Shown one piece after another: positions 42,916 to 52,592 of a stretch of 64,000 bases of DNA. The notes under the pieces were generated by a model. The model was not told the DNA's origin. It made no database searches and saw only the letters and a list, made by a program, of their open reading frames with translations. Both the position numbers and the translations under genes were made by a program. The stretch is from an uncultured Candidatus Saccharibacteria bacterium (GTDB lineage: Bacteria > Patescibacteriota > Saccharimonadia > Saccharimonadales > EFPC-124): NCBI GenBank assembly GCA_964550035.1, contig CAZJVU010000003.1, positions 1,383 to 65,382 on the forward strand. Reading direction: 5' to 3'. Every line of letters begins with the position of its first letter. The first letter of the stretch is position 1.

Positions 42916-44697
42916 CTAAGACACCATATCGAATTCCTTGAGTTTCTCGCGCGCCGATTCAGTCACGCCCAGCTGGAGTTCAAGCAGCTCAGCATAGATG
43001 CCTTTGGTCTTGGCTAGCTGCGTCGGTGTGCCAATCTCGTCTACTTTGCCGTTCTTGATCGTCACGATGCGGTCAACGTGGGCGATCGTGCTCAAACGGT
43101 GCGCGATAATCAGCGTAGTGCGATCTTGCATGAGAAGCTCCAGTGCGTCCTGAACCTGTGCTTCGGCGCGGCTATCAAGCGAACTGGTGGCTTCATCGAG
43201 AATCAAGATCGGCGCGTCCTTGAGAAGTGCGCGAGCGATAGCCAAACGTTGCTTCTGGCCGCCACTGAGCTTCACGCCACGCTCGCCGATTTCAGTCTGA
43301 TAGCCGTCGGGCAATTTACTAATAAAGTCGTGGGCATTGGCAGCTTTAGCCGCAGCGGTAATTGCTTTCTCGCTCGCGTCGGGTCGAGCATACGCGATAT
43401 TCTCGGCCACGGTCCCGCTGAACGGCGCTGGCTCCTGGAACACCACGGCGATATTTTCGCGCAAACTCTTCTGGGTCACCTGCGAGATATCAGTGCCATC
43501 GATCGTAATCTTCCCGCCTTCCGGCTCATACAGCCGCATGAGCAAGCTGGCAATTGTTGATTTCCCCTCGCCGCTCTCGCCTACAAGTGCGACTTTGCTT
43601 CCGGCCGGCACATCGAAACTAACTTTCTTGAGCACTTGCCCGTCGTCGTTATAGCTGAAAACCACGTTCTTGTACTCAATGCGGCCCTTAGTAATGCGAA
43701 GTTCTTTCGCGTTTGGCTTGTCGGTAATTGCCGGCTTCAGCTCCATGACGTCAAAGTAGTCGCGGCTACCAGCGACAGCCCGCTGCGTTTGGTCAACAAT
43801 GAAACTCATGCTGAACAATGGGATACGCATGAGACTTGCGAACTGAATCAGCAGGAACATCTCACCGACCGTAAAGCGCCCACTGAGCGTCTGCCAAAAG
43901 ATAAATCCCATGATGAAAAAGAAGATGAGGTTCAGTGTCAGACGGCGCACAATATCCATACGGTGCCACTGGCGCGACTGATCATGCGTGATGTCGATCG
44001 TTTTCTGATAGTGGTGACGCAAGTGGCGAAGCTCGCGCGGCTCTTGGTTGAATGATTTGACGACGCGAATTTGCGAAACAGCTTCGGCAAACCGACCACT
44101 GGCAATGTCGGTGTGGAGGTTCTTTTCCTTCTGCTGTGCCTGCCACTGCTTGCTCGTGATGCCCGTGAGCCACAAGAAAAGCGGATAGATAAGGAACAGC
44201 AGAACCGCAACTTCCCAGCTGTAGAATGCTACGACAACGAGCGTGAAGATCATCGTCAAGATCATCTGGAAGAAGTTGTTGCTGAAGAAGTTCATGAAGT
44301 TCGTCAGCTCGGCGATGGTGCGGTTGAGGCGATTGATGATCTTGCCCGACAGCTCAGCGTCATAGTAGCTCTGTGGCAGCGTGAGCAAATGCTGGTAGTA
44401 ACGCTCGCTGAGCTGTTTCTTAAGCTTGGCAGCCATAATGTCGCCGTAGTAGCCGCCCCAGTTACTCAGCAGCGTACCGGCAACATCTGCGCCAAAGAGC
44501 GCGATCGCAAGCCAGAGCGCCTGCGTGTAATCAGGCTGGCCACCTTGCACGACATACGTCACCAGGTCGGCAACGCCCTTTACGACGAACGGCACAACCT
44601 GGTTGCTGAGCGCCAGCAACACAGATGTGACAGTGATGACCAAATAGTATGGCCACAGGTTTTTGGCAAATAGCAGGATCTTCAGTAAGTCTTTCAC
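42916..44697 (-). CDS. ABC transporter, fused permease/ATPase (MsbA-like exporter)
   Basis: 593 aa. Six-helix TMD followed by Walker A GESGEGKST, the signature LSGGQKQR, and Walker B ILILDEATS. Confidence 0.9.
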   Translation of the reverse strand: MKDLLKILLFAKNLWPYYLVITVTSVLLALSNQVVPFVVKGVADLVTYVVQGGQPDYTQALWLAIALFGADVAGTLLSNWGGYYGDIMAAKLKKQLSERYYQHLLTLPQSYYDAELSGKIINRLNRTIAELTNFMNFFSNNFFQMILTMIFTLVVVAFYSWEVAVLLFLIYPLFLWLTGITSKQWQAQQKEKNLHTDIASGRFAEAVSQIRVVKSFNQEPRELRHLRHHYQKTIDITHDQSRQWHRMDIVRRLTLNLIFFFIMGFIFWQTLSGRFTVGEMFLLIQFASLMRIPLFSMSFIVDQTQRAVAGSRDYFDVMELKPAITDKPNAKELRITKGRIEYKNVVFSYNDDGQVLKKVSFDVPAGSKVALVGESGEGKSTIASLLMRLYEPEGGKITIDGTDISQVTQKSLRENIAVVFQEPAPFSGTVAENIAYARPDASEKAITAAAKAANAHDFISKLPDGYQTEIGERGVKLSGGQKQRLAIARALLKDAPILILDEATSSLDSRAEAQVQDALELLMQDRTTLIIAHRLSTIAHVDRIVTIKNGKVDEIGTPTQLAKTKGIYAELLELQLGVTESAREKLKEFDMVS

Positions 44698-45519
44698 TTA
44701 CTTGATTGTAACCTCTTCTGCCGACACTGGCGAGCCAAAAAACTCCTCGGCTAAACCGCTAAAGACAGATGCATTGCTCGTAAAGAAGAACTTACGCTCA
44801 CTACCCTGCACGAGTTTGTGGCTGAGCTCTGCGTGGCGGAACAGATAATCCTGCGTACGCTCGGCGACGGTCTGACCTTCGTGAATCAGCGTCATCTCCG
44901 GGCCAACTACGTCAGCGATCTGGGGCGCGATACGCTCGTAATGCGTGCAACCAAGCACAAGCGTGTCGATGCCGACGCCAATGAGCGGCTTGAGGTAGTG
45001 ACGAAGCATCATGGTCATTTCTTGGCCGTGCGTCAGGCCTGATTCGATGAGCGACACGAGCTCGGGTGCGGCCTGTTGGTAGACGGTCGCTTCGGGTCGG
45101 AGCTTCTGGATTTCTTCGCCGAACGAGCGCGCGTCGACCGTTCCCTGCGTGGCGAGTACGCCAATGCGATTGTTCTTTGTCTGCATCACCGCGGCTTCGG
45201 CTGCCGGCACAATTATGCCCAGCACCACACGATGCGGCGCATAAGCTGGCAAGAATTGTCGCTGGATAAAGCTCAGCGCCTGCGCCGTCGCCGTGTCACA
45301 GGCGATGATAACCAACTCGCATCCTTGATCGAACAGGAACGACATACCACCCTGCACGTAGCCGCGGATTTCGGCAGCAGGCTTGGGTCCATACGGTTTG
45401 TGCGCCGTGTCGCCGACGTACATGTAATTGTACTGTGGGAGTTGTGTGGCCACGGCCCGTACGATATCCAGACCGCCGAGTCCTGAGTCGAAGAAGCCAA
45501 TCTTGCCACCCGGTTTCAT
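44698..45519 (-). CDS. murI: Glutamate racemase
   Basis: Trimmed to MKPGGKIGFFDSGLGGL. Contains VIACDTA and LGCTHY motifs. Confidence 0.9.
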   Translation of the reverse strand: MKPGGKIGFFDSGLGGLDIVRAVATQLPQYNYMYVGDTAHKPYGPKPAAEIRGYVQGGMSFLFDQGCELVIIACDTATAQALSFIQRQFLPAYAPHRVVLGIIVPAAEAAVMQTKNNRIGVLATQGTVDARSFGEEIQKLRPEATVYQQAAPELVSLIESGLTHGQEMTMMLRHYLKPLIGVGIDTLVLGCTHYERIAPQIADVVGPEMTLIHEGQTVAERTQDYLFRHAELSHKLVQGSERKFFFTSNASVFSGLAEEFFGSPVSAEEVTIK

Positions 45520-45523
45520 GTGG

Positions 45524-48064
45524 TTAGATTCTTTCTGCGCCGAAACGCTCGTTGGCTTTATGGGCAATGGCGTCGAGAAGGCTGTTTACTTCTTCTGCTT
45601 TGAGTGTGCGCTCGAAACTGGCAATCGTCAGGCGGAATGTCATGTGTTTGTGGGACGCATCGTCTGGTCGCTGGTAGATATCGACTGGGTCGAGCGACAC
45701 GCGCGTCTGTTCCGGGACAAGCTGTTGCAGTGCTTGGTCTACAAATCCTGCGAGGTCGCCGTAAGTCACGTCGGCCGAAACTTTGAGCGAGATGTCTTGT
45801 GTGATCGCCGGGAAACGCGGCAGCTGAGCGTAGGGCTTGAGACCACCCTTCTGGAGGGCTGAGCCAAAGATCTCGAACCCAGCAGTGAATGCAGGGAGTT
45901 TCAGCGCGCGTGCGACGCCGGCTTTGTATTCGCCAACGACGCCAACCAGGAATTTACCATTGAACACGACCGCCGAACGCTTTGGCTCGAAGGGTTTGAG
46001 CAGCTGCATGAAGAGCTGATGCTCGCTGAAATCGACATCGCTAACCGGCTTGTATGTCAGACTAGTGATGGCAAACTCATCGAGCGCTGACTCGAGGTAG
46101 TAACGCGCCTGGTAATACGGTGCGCCAGCGTATGATTTGCTTACTGCTTTCTGGTCTGCTGCGACAACGAGCGCGAGGCGAGCAAATTCTTGCGGTAGCC
46201 CGTCGTCGTCGATCTCGCTCTTACCATACACGGCATTGAGCTCGAAGAGCGCAAGCTCGTCATAGCCAGCCTTTACATTGGGATGCACGAGGTCGAGCAA
46301 GCTCGGCGTGAGGCTCAGGCGGAAATACTGCAGGTCAGGACTGAGGGCATTACTCAGCTGGAAGGCAAGCTCGCGGTCTTGGCCGGTTTTCTCGAGCAGG
46401 TTGCCGTGCACGAAGGTGTACGTCAGTACTTCGTTGGCGCCGGCGCGAGCGAGCGCATTCCTCGCACGACTCTTGAGTGTGAGCATTTCGTTTTTTGCGG
46501 CTGGCGTGAGGTCGCGCTTGGGAAGCTCGAGCGGCAGATGATCGTACCCGTACAGGCGACCAACTTCTTCGACGACATCTTCGGCAATCTCAATGTCAGT
46601 TCGCCAGAATGGTGCCTGTACGGTCAGCGCATCGCCATCGACGTCCACGCTGAACTCCACATTCTGAAGGAGTGTTTTCATTTCGTCGGCCGTCAGGTGC
46701 AGGCCCAGCCGAACGTTAATAAAATCGCGCTGAGTAACGACGGGCGCGTATAAGCTCCCGCGCTCGGTCGCTTCCTGCACATGGTTCAGGTCGACCACTT
46801 CGCCTGCGACTTTGCCCTGCGCAAGCGTGCGAATTTCGTGGACTGCCTTGGCAGCGATGCGGAGGTTCTGGAGCGGCGACTGGCCTTTGTTGAACCGCGT
46901 AACTGCATCCGTAAACAATCCATGCGCCATGCTCGTGCGGCGGACAGAGTACATGTCGAAGGTGGCGCATTCCAGGATGATATTCTTGGTTGTCTCGTCG
47001 ACCTCGGTTTCGCTACCGCCCATAATGCCGCCGACACCAATGAGGTGATCTCCAGAGGTGATCATGATCGCTTCGGCGCGCGGTTCGATCTCTTTACCAT
47101 TGAGCAACTTAACCTTCTCACCTTCGCGCGGGTAGCGGACGGTGATGTTTGCGGTGGCGCCGCTGGTGAGAGCTTTAACTTTATCGTAATCGTAGGCGTG
47201 CAACGGCTGACCGGTGAGATACATCAGGTAGTTCGTGATATCCACGATGTTGTTGATCGGGCGAATACCGGCGCGCATGAGATGTGCTTGTAGCCAAATC
47301 GGGCTTGGGCCAACCTGCACACCGCTCATTGGGATCATCACAAAGCGCGGCACCACCTCGGGCAGCTCGTTGCTCACTTCGAGTGGTAACGCTGGCGCTT
47401 CAGCGTCAAGCGCATACTTGTCGCCAGTGTACCACTCCGGGCTCTGGAACTGCTGATGATAGATGCCGGCGACCTCGCGGTATACCCCTAGCACACCGAA
47501 ACAATCGGGCCGGTGCGTGAACATCTTGTTCTCGATGTCGATAATATGATCATTCAGGTGATACGCCTCGGCAAATGTCGTGCCCGGAGCGACGTCTTCG
47601 TCAACTTCCAGAATTCCTTCGTGATCATCGCTAATGGCGAGCTCTTTAGCGCTGGCGAGCATGCCGTTGCTGACGACGCCACGGAGTTTGCGGGCCTCAA
47701 GCACAAATGGATCGTCGGCATAGCTGCTTGGCACGGTTGAGCCTGGAGGCAGCCACGCGACAAGCAATCCCTCGCGGACATTTGGCGCACCACAGACCAC
47801 GCGCACGTGACCGTTTTCGTCACGCTCCACACCTTCGGCTTTGCCGCCGTCGTCGATCATACAGATATGGAGGTGATCAGAATCTGGATGATCAACACAA
47901 CTCACGACGCGCGCGATCAACACACCAGCGTACTGTTCGCGCAAGCTGATGACTTCTTCGACGGCGCCAAGCTGCGACCCGATGCGGTCGACAAGCTCGT
48001 CAATCGGCTTTTTGGTTAGGTCGATGTTGCTGTAAAACTTGGATAGGGATAGTGCGACTCTCAT
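45524..48064 (-). CDS. pheT: Phenylalanine--tRNA ligase beta subunit
   Basis: Trimmed to MRVALSLSKFYSNIDL... at 48064 (846 aa). The track N-terminal extension is antisense read-through of the MazG-like gene. Confidence 0.93.
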   Translation of the reverse strand: MRVALSLSKFYSNIDLTKKPIDELVDRIGSQLGAVEEVISLREQYAGVLIARVVSCVDHPDSDHLHICMIDDGGKAEGVERDENGHVRVVCGAPNVREGLLVAWLPPGSTVPSSYADDPFVLEARKLRGVVSNGMLASAKELAISDDHEGILEVDEDVAPGTTFAEAYHLNDHIIDIENKMFTHRPDCFGVLGVYREVAGIYHQQFQSPEWYTGDKYALDAEAPALPLEVSNELPEVVPRFVMIPMSGVQVGPSPIWLQAHLMRAGIRPINNIVDITNYLMYLTGQPLHAYDYDKVKALTSGATANITVRYPREGEKVKLLNGKEIEPRAEAIMITSGDHLIGVGGIMGGSETEVDETTKNIILECATFDMYSVRRTSMAHGLFTDAVTRFNKGQSPLQNLRIAAKAVHEIRTLAQGKVAGEVVDLNHVQEATERGSLYAPVVTQRDFINVRLGLHLTADEMKTLLQNVEFSVDVDGDALTVQAPFWRTDIEIAEDVVEEVGRLYGYDHLPLELPKRDLTPAAKNEMLTLKSRARNALARAGANEVLTYTFVHGNLLEKTGQDRELAFQLSNALSPDLQYFRLSLTPSLLDLVHPNVKAGYDELALFELNAVYGKSEIDDDGLPQEFARLALVVAADQKAVSKSYAGAPYYQARYYLESALDEFAITSLTYKPVSDVDFSEHQLFMQLLKPFEPKRSAVVFNGKFLVGVVGEYKAGVARALKLPAFTAGFEIFGSALQKGGLKPYAQLPRFPAITQDISLKVSADVTYGDLAGFVDQALQQLVPEQTRVSLDPVDIYQRPDDASHKHMTFRLTIASFERTLKAEEVNSLLDAIAHKANERFGAERI

Positions 48065-48402
48065 GATTGGTTCTCGCTTGATTGGTTCTCGCTGATTCGG
48101 GTTTCTAGCTGATTCATTGTGGTGGTAAATTCTTTCTCGATCTGCACGCCGTAGTGGTCGGCCAGCACGAGCACGCTCCAGAGACAATCCGCGAGTTCGT
48201 GCGCCAGCTTGGCGTCGACACCTTCGACTGGGCGGAGCTTTTCTTTGGCCATGACTAGCTTGAGCAGATCGCCGACATCGCCTACAAAGCCCATGGCATA
48301 TTCCTTGGCGCCCCACGTTTCTCGGCCTTCTTTGACGTTGAGCTCGGCATACCGCTGCTTGATCTCAAGCGCTCGCTTCTGCAGATCAGCGATATCACTC
48401 AT
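48061..48402 (-). CDS. MazG-like nucleotide pyrophosphohydrolase
   Basis: Trimmed to MSDIADLQKRALEIKQRY... Contains an EYAMGFVGDVGDL and LAHELADCLWSVLVLA helical pair. The stop overlaps the pheT ATG (ATGA). Confidence 0.7.
   Translation of the reverse strand: MSDIADLQKRALEIKQRYAELNVKEGRETWGAKEYAMGFVGDVGDLLKLVMAKEKLRPVEGVDAKLAHELADCLWSVLVLADHYGVQIEKEFTTTMNQLETRISENQSSENQS
48065..48094. repeat. 15-bp tandem duplication at the MazG-like 3' end / pheT start junction
   Basis: gattggttctcgctt followed by gattggttctcgctg, then a partial gatt. It encodes the duplicated tail SENQS-SENQS of the MazG-like protein. Confidence 0.8.
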
Positions 48403-49451
48403 GAGAATTGCCTCAAGAATTCTAATTTGCCCGACTCGAAATGGCGAACGTCTTCGATGTCGTACTTCATCATAACGAGTCGCTCGATACCGCTGCCCCA
48501 CGCAAAACCGGTGTAGACATTGGGGTCAATGCCGGCTTCTTTCAAAACATTTGGGTGGATGAGGCCCATACCGAGCAGCTCAATCCAGCCGGTGTAGCTA
48601 CAAATGTTACAGCCTTCCTTCTTGCAGAACGGACAGCTCAGCGCCAGCTCGAAGCTTGGTTCGGTGAATGGGAAGTAGAACGGCTGGCTCTTGATCTCGA
48701 TGTCCTGCTGGTAATAGTTACTCAGGAACGTCTTGAATGTGGCGAGCAGATTGCCGGCGTGGATACCCTTGTCGACGTAGATACCTTCGAGCTGGTAGAA
48801 GGTGTGCTCGTGGCGGGCGTCAAGATCTTCGTTGCGGAATACACGGCCAGGGATGACTGCAGCGATTGGCTTGCCTTGTTCGAGCTTGTCTTTGTGTTCG
48901 CGCAGGACGCGGTTTTGCATGGTGCTGGTATGCGCCGGGGCGATAAACTGCTTGCCGTTTTTATCTTTCTCGACGGTCATGAACGTGTCGTAGTCATCGC
49001 GCGCGGGGTGGCCTTCGGGAAAGTTGAGCGCGCCAAACATGTGATAGTCATCATCGAGCTGACGACTCTCGACCGCCATAAAACCCATGCGGTAAAAGAT
49101 ATCGAGTACCACATCGAGCTCACGCATCAGCGGATGAACGCTCCCCGTTGCGGCCGGGAGGGCGTGTGGTCGCTTGTCGGCCGGCACGCTCACATCATAG
49201 GGCGCGGTCACATCGATAGGCGTGACGTTCGCGGAAGCTTCGGCCTCCTCTGCCTCGGTGATTTTCTGCTCTAATTCCTGACGAAGTGCATTGATAGCCT
49301 GGCCGTACGCCGGACGCTCTTCGGCCGACAGGTCCTTCATGGCGCCGTAGAGTTGACGCAGCTCTGGAGCCTTCAAAATATCTCGCTTTATTTCGAGCGT
49401 TTCGAAACGCTTGAGGAGCTCTTGCCGAGCGGTATCGATGGAATCATTCAT
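48399..49451 (-). CDS. pheS: Phenylalanine--tRNA ligase alpha subunit
   Basis: Trimmed to MNDSIDTARQELLKRF... (350 aa). Class II motifs FRNEDLDARHEHTFYQLEG and GFAWGSGIERL. Confidence 0.93.
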   Translation of the reverse strand: MNDSIDTARQELLKRFETLEIKRDILKAPELRQLYGAMKDLSAEERPAYGQAINALRQELEQKITEAEEAEASANVTPIDVTAPYDVSVPADKRPHALPAATGSVHPLMRELDVVLDIFYRMGFMAVESRQLDDDYHMFGALNFPEGHPARDDYDTFMTVEKDKNGKQFIAPAHTSTMQNRVLREHKDKLEQGKPIAAVIPGRVFRNEDLDARHEHTFYQLEGIYVDKGIHAGNLLATFKTFLSNYYQQDIEIKSQPFYFPFTEPSFELALSCPFCKKEGCNICSYTGWIELLGMGLIHPNVLKEAGIDPNVYTGFAWGSGIERLVMMKYDIEDVRHFESGKLEFLRQFS

Positions 49452-49477
49452 AATCTGGTATAAGTATACCGCCTCCC

Positions 49478-49507
49478 TTGAAAAAACTGTAGGTACTATC
49501 GTAAAAT
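49478..49507 (+). promoter_or_regulatory. Promoter for ORF T (TTGAAA-N18-TAAAAT)
   Basis: Located directly beyond the divergent pheS start. Confidence 0.45.
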
Positions 49508-49542
49508 GCGACGGTTCACAACCGGAACAGACGAGGAGCATC

Positions 49543-49827
49543 ATGGTCGGCAAACACGCCAAATTCCTGCTGGGCCACGTGCACAAAGCCATCGCGGCAG
49601 CACGGGAAAACGACGAGTACACCGCCGAGGCCGATTCTTGGGCGGTCGCAATACGTGTGATGGGCCCAGAAATGGGCAAGGTCGCCGTGGCTACCGGTGA
49701 CGTCGATGCGTTGCGCGAACTGATGACGGTACTGAGGGCCGACGCCTCCGTCACCGCCGTGGAGTACGAACGAGACGTGAAAGGCAAGCCCATGCCTGAC
49801 GTCCTGCTCATCACTCCCAGGTACTGA
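49543..49827 (+). CDS. Cassette ORF T: hypothetical protein (94 aa)
   Basis: GAGGAG lies 4 nt before the ATG. GC3-rich. No family recognised. Confidence 0.6.
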   Translation: MVGKHAKFLLGHVHKAIAAARENDEYTAEADSWAVAIRVMGPEMGKVAVATGDVDALRELMTVLRADASVTAVEYERDVKGKPMPDVLLITPRY

Positions 49828-49831
49828 ACAC

Positions 49832-49872
49832 GCGATGTCGCGCCCGGGCCCACCGCCTGGGCGCGACATCGC
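49832..49872 (+). terminator. Perfect 14-bp hairpin after ORF T
   Basis: GCGATGTCGCGCCC...GGGCGCGACATCGC. Confidence 0.7.
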
Positions 49873-49897
49873 AGCTACACCTGATATACTTATACAC

Positions 49898-50398
49898 ATG
49901 GCTTCAACTTATTCATTTGATATTGTTTCTGATTACAACCTCGCTGAGGTAATTAACGCCGTCGACCAAACCAAGCGCGAAGTGCAAAACCGCTATGACC
50001 TGAAGGGCACGAATGCATCCGTCGACTTTCGCGACGGCGACAAAACCGGCCTGACCGTCGTAGGCGATAACGAGTTCCACCTCGATGCGATTCTCGATAT
50101 TCTTCGCAAGAAGCTTGCCACGCGCGGCGTCAGCCAAAAGATCCTCGACACTTCTAAGGCACCGATCACAAGCAACATGAAGGTCAGTCAAGACGTCGCA
50201 TTCCGTAAAGGCCTCGACCAAGACAAAGCCAAGAAGATAACCGCGCTGCTTCGCCAAGAGCTGCCGAAGGTCAAAACCCAAATCCAAGGCGCCGAGATCC
50301 GCGCGACGAGCCCAAAGAAAGACGAGCTCCAAGCAGCTGTGCGACTTCTGGAGCAACAGGACTTCGACTTCCCTGTTAGCTTTACTAATTATCGTTGA
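49898..50398 (+). CDS. yajQ: YajQ-family nucleotide-binding protein
   Basis: Trimmed to MASTYSFDIVSDYNLAEVINAVDQTKREVQNRYDLKG, the UPF0234/YajQ signature. Confidence 0.85.
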   Translation: MASTYSFDIVSDYNLAEVINAVDQTKREVQNRYDLKGTNASVDFRDGDKTGLTVVGDNEFHLDAILDILRKKLATRGVSQKILDTSKAPITSNMKVSQDVAFRKGLDQDKAKKITALLRQELPKVKTQIQGAEIRATSPKKDELQAAVRLLEQQDFDFPVSFTNYR

Positions 50399-50472
50399 GA
50401 TATACGCCAAATTATTGTATTATAAATCTTTGTACGGCAGTTTATCTACTAGAGACAAAGGCAGGATAACGC

Positions 50473-51384
50473 ATGCGCGTTCCCAGATTCACATCCCGCG
50501 GTTTAGCCACAGCGGCTGCGATCATCGCGGTCGGTGGGCTCGTGGCTTCCTGTACATCGGGCGGTTCGCAAAACGCCCAGCAGGCGAAGGAGCAGACGAC
50601 AGCGGTCGCACCAACTACGACGTCGGCCTCCCTCAGCCCGTTGCCTTCCTCACCAAAAGTGACGGCAGCAACACCGGAGGTAGCAGCGAAGTTCGCCTCC
50701 ATCAAGACGATGGTGGCGCACACCGTCACCCCCACGCCGGTCAGCAGAGACCTCAACGGCACCGTCAACATCGAGGGTTACCTCCAGGCGGTGATGTACA
50801 GCAACAAGATGGTCTGGTTCCCGATCTTTCAGAGTGTCGGCCTGTCGACGCCGCGGTTCGCCTTCGACGTCACCAGCCGATCGGACCGCTACATCAGCGC
50901 TTGCCAGCACGGCAGCGAGAAGATCGTGGTGACGGCGAGCTACGGCAAGTTCTTCTACTGCTCGGCCGACAGCCAGCCCTACGGCGCCATCGCGCTCCCG
51001 AGTGACGTGGTGGCCCCGCTCTGGAAGAAGGCCGCCCGCCCGGTGGCGGACCTGGCTGCCGCCATCAGCACCAGTCGCCAGGCCGCGTTGATCCTCGTGG
51101 ATTCGCTCCAGTGGCAGCTCAAGCTGCCGCAACCGCACGACACCAGTCGGCAGTACATGGCAGCGTGTCTGGCTGGCGTGTGGGCGCACGCGGTCTACCC
51201 GCAGGACGTTCTCGATCTACGAGGGCTGTCCTCGGCGATCTCGTGGTCGTTCACCATCCCGAGCGAAGTCGACGGCGTCGTCACATCGCCTCAACCGAAG
51301 GACGACGACCAGGCTGGTCGCGCCTGGGCCGACGGACTCCGATCCGGCGATCTCAGCGAGTGCGGCCAGCGCTTCTGGAACTGA
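50473..51384 (+). CDS. Cassette ORF U: predicted lipoprotein (303 aa)
   Basis: MRVPRFTSRGLATAAAIIAVGGLVASC gives a signal peptide plus lipobox L-V-A-S-C. GC3-rich. The CLAGVWAHAVY region is faintly reminiscent of YpfJ-type metallopeptidases, but no HExxH motif is present. Confidence 0.7.
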   Translation: MRVPRFTSRGLATAAAIIAVGGLVASCTSGGSQNAQQAKEQTTAVAPTTTSASLSPLPSSPKVTAATPEVAAKFASIKTMVAHTVTPTPVSRDLNGTVNIEGYLQAVMYSNKMVWFPIFQSVGLSTPRFAFDVTSRSDRYISACQHGSEKIVVTASYGKFFYCSADSQPYGAIALPSDVVAPLWKKAARPVADLAAAISTSRQAALILVDSLQWQLKLPQPHDTSRQYMAACLAGVWAHAVYPQDVLDLRGLSSAISWSFTIPSEVDGVVTSPQPKDDDQAGRAWADGLRSGDLSECGQRFWN

Positions 51385-51393
51385 CACGCCGAA

Positions 51394-51424
51394 CGGGGCC
51401 GGGAGCGCAAAGCTCCTGGCCCCG
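51394..51424 (+). terminator. GC hairpin after ORF U
   Basis: CGGGGCCGGGAGC-gcaaa-GCTCCTGGCCCCG, with one G-U pair. Confidence 0.65.
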
Positions 51425-51447
51425 ACGGCGGTAAACTGCCGTACAAT

Positions 51448-51669
51448 TTACCGAGCTAATACAAAGATGACGCCAGCTACCGCAATGACGCCGAGTAGGA
51501 GCCACACCCATGCAAGCGGACTTGTCTGGCGTTGATTATCCAGAAACGCTGGCTGCGGTGTGACATTATTTGTATCAACTGCGCGCTTGTTCATGCGCTC
51601 AGCCAGATCCGCAGCAACCTTACTTTGGAGCTGCGACCTTGGTTCGTTCTGCTTCAGGAATAGTCCCAT
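51448..51669 (-). CDS. Small C-terminally anchored membrane protein (73 aa)
   Basis: Trimmed to MGLFLKQNEPRS... C-terminal TM helix LAWVWLLLGVIAVAGVIFVL. Confidence 0.45.
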   Translation of the reverse strand: MGLFLKQNEPRSQLQSKVAADLAERMNKRAVDTNNVTPQPAFLDNQRQTSPLAWVWLLLGVIAVAGVIFVLAR

Positions 51670-51690
51670 ATCGCTTACTAGCGTATCACA

Positions 51691-51719
51691 AAAAGAGCCT
51701 CCACATGGAAGGCTCTTTT
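51691..51719. terminator. Core-genome intrinsic terminator (MIP channel gene)
   Basis: AAAAGAGCCT...AGGCTCTTTT with flanking A and T tracts. Confidence 0.75.
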
Positions 51720-51737
51720 GTTTTCGCGTATCGAGAC

Positions 51738-52490
51738 TTAGGCGCTCTTGGCCGAAGCGTCTGCGTCCTGCTTGAGGAGCTTGAACAGCCAAGCACCAAG
51801 TGCACCACCAACGAGTGGAGCAATGGCGTACGCAGCGAATGACCACATACCACCTTGGGCGTAGGCACTCAGTGCTGTTGCGACGGCTGGGTTCAGCACA
51901 GCGTAGCTACCAGCTAGAGCGGCGAACAAACCGAGCATCAGTGAACCACCGATGGTGAAGGCTCGGTCGAAGCCAACCTTCTTGTTCAGCATTGCGCTGG
52001 CAATACCAAAGCTGAAGATCAATGCACCGACGAACTCACCCCAGATAGGCTTCCACTGACCAGGAGCTCGAACTTCCTGACCATACTGTTGCAGCGCAGA
52101 GGCTTGGTTATCAGGAGTAAAGAGCGTAAAGACGCCGTGGTCTTGCATAAACTTAGTCACGATGACATATGCCAGCATAGCGCCAATCACTTGTACGACA
52201 GTGTAGCCAACTGCCTTGATCCACCCGATCTGACGAGTCGCCAGCGCACCAGCTACGACAACAGGGTTAATGAACGCGCCGCTCACCTCAGAAAAGACAA
52301 GCACCAGAACGACGACTGCAACGGCCCCAACGATTGGGTTATTACTTAACATCAGCGCCACGACGGTCAGTGCAGCACTTGCCAGTAGCTCTGCGACAAG
52401 CGCACCGAGCGACAACTCTCGTCGGAGTGACCCACGCCCAGAAGTCGTTGCGGCTGCAGCGGCTGATTTCTTAGTAGTAGTGTTAGCCAT
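51738..52490 (-). CDS. MIP/aquaporin-family channel
   Basis: Trimmed to MANTTTKKSAAAA... (250 aa). Two NPx half-sites (SGAFINPVV and AVLNPAVA). Six hydrophobic helices. Confidence 0.7.
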   Translation of the reverse strand: MANTTTKKSAAAAATTSGRGSLRRELSLGALVAELLASAALTVVALMLSNNPIVGAVAVVVLVLVFSEVSGAFINPVVVAGALATRQIGWIKAVGYTVVQVIGAMLAYVIVTKFMQDHGVFTLFTPDNQASALQQYGQEVRAPGQWKPIWGEFVGALIFSFGIASAMLNKKVGFDRAFTIGGSLMLGLFAALAGSYAVLNPAVATALSAYAQGGMWSFAAYAIAPLVGGALGAWLFKLLKQDADASAKSA

Positions 52491-52592
52491 AATGTGGAAA
52501 TTCCCTCCATAGAAATGGTTAGATGTGATACTCCAGAGTATAGCACGGGTTTCTGAGAGTTTACACTCTCGAGGTTTGCTACAATAAAATGC

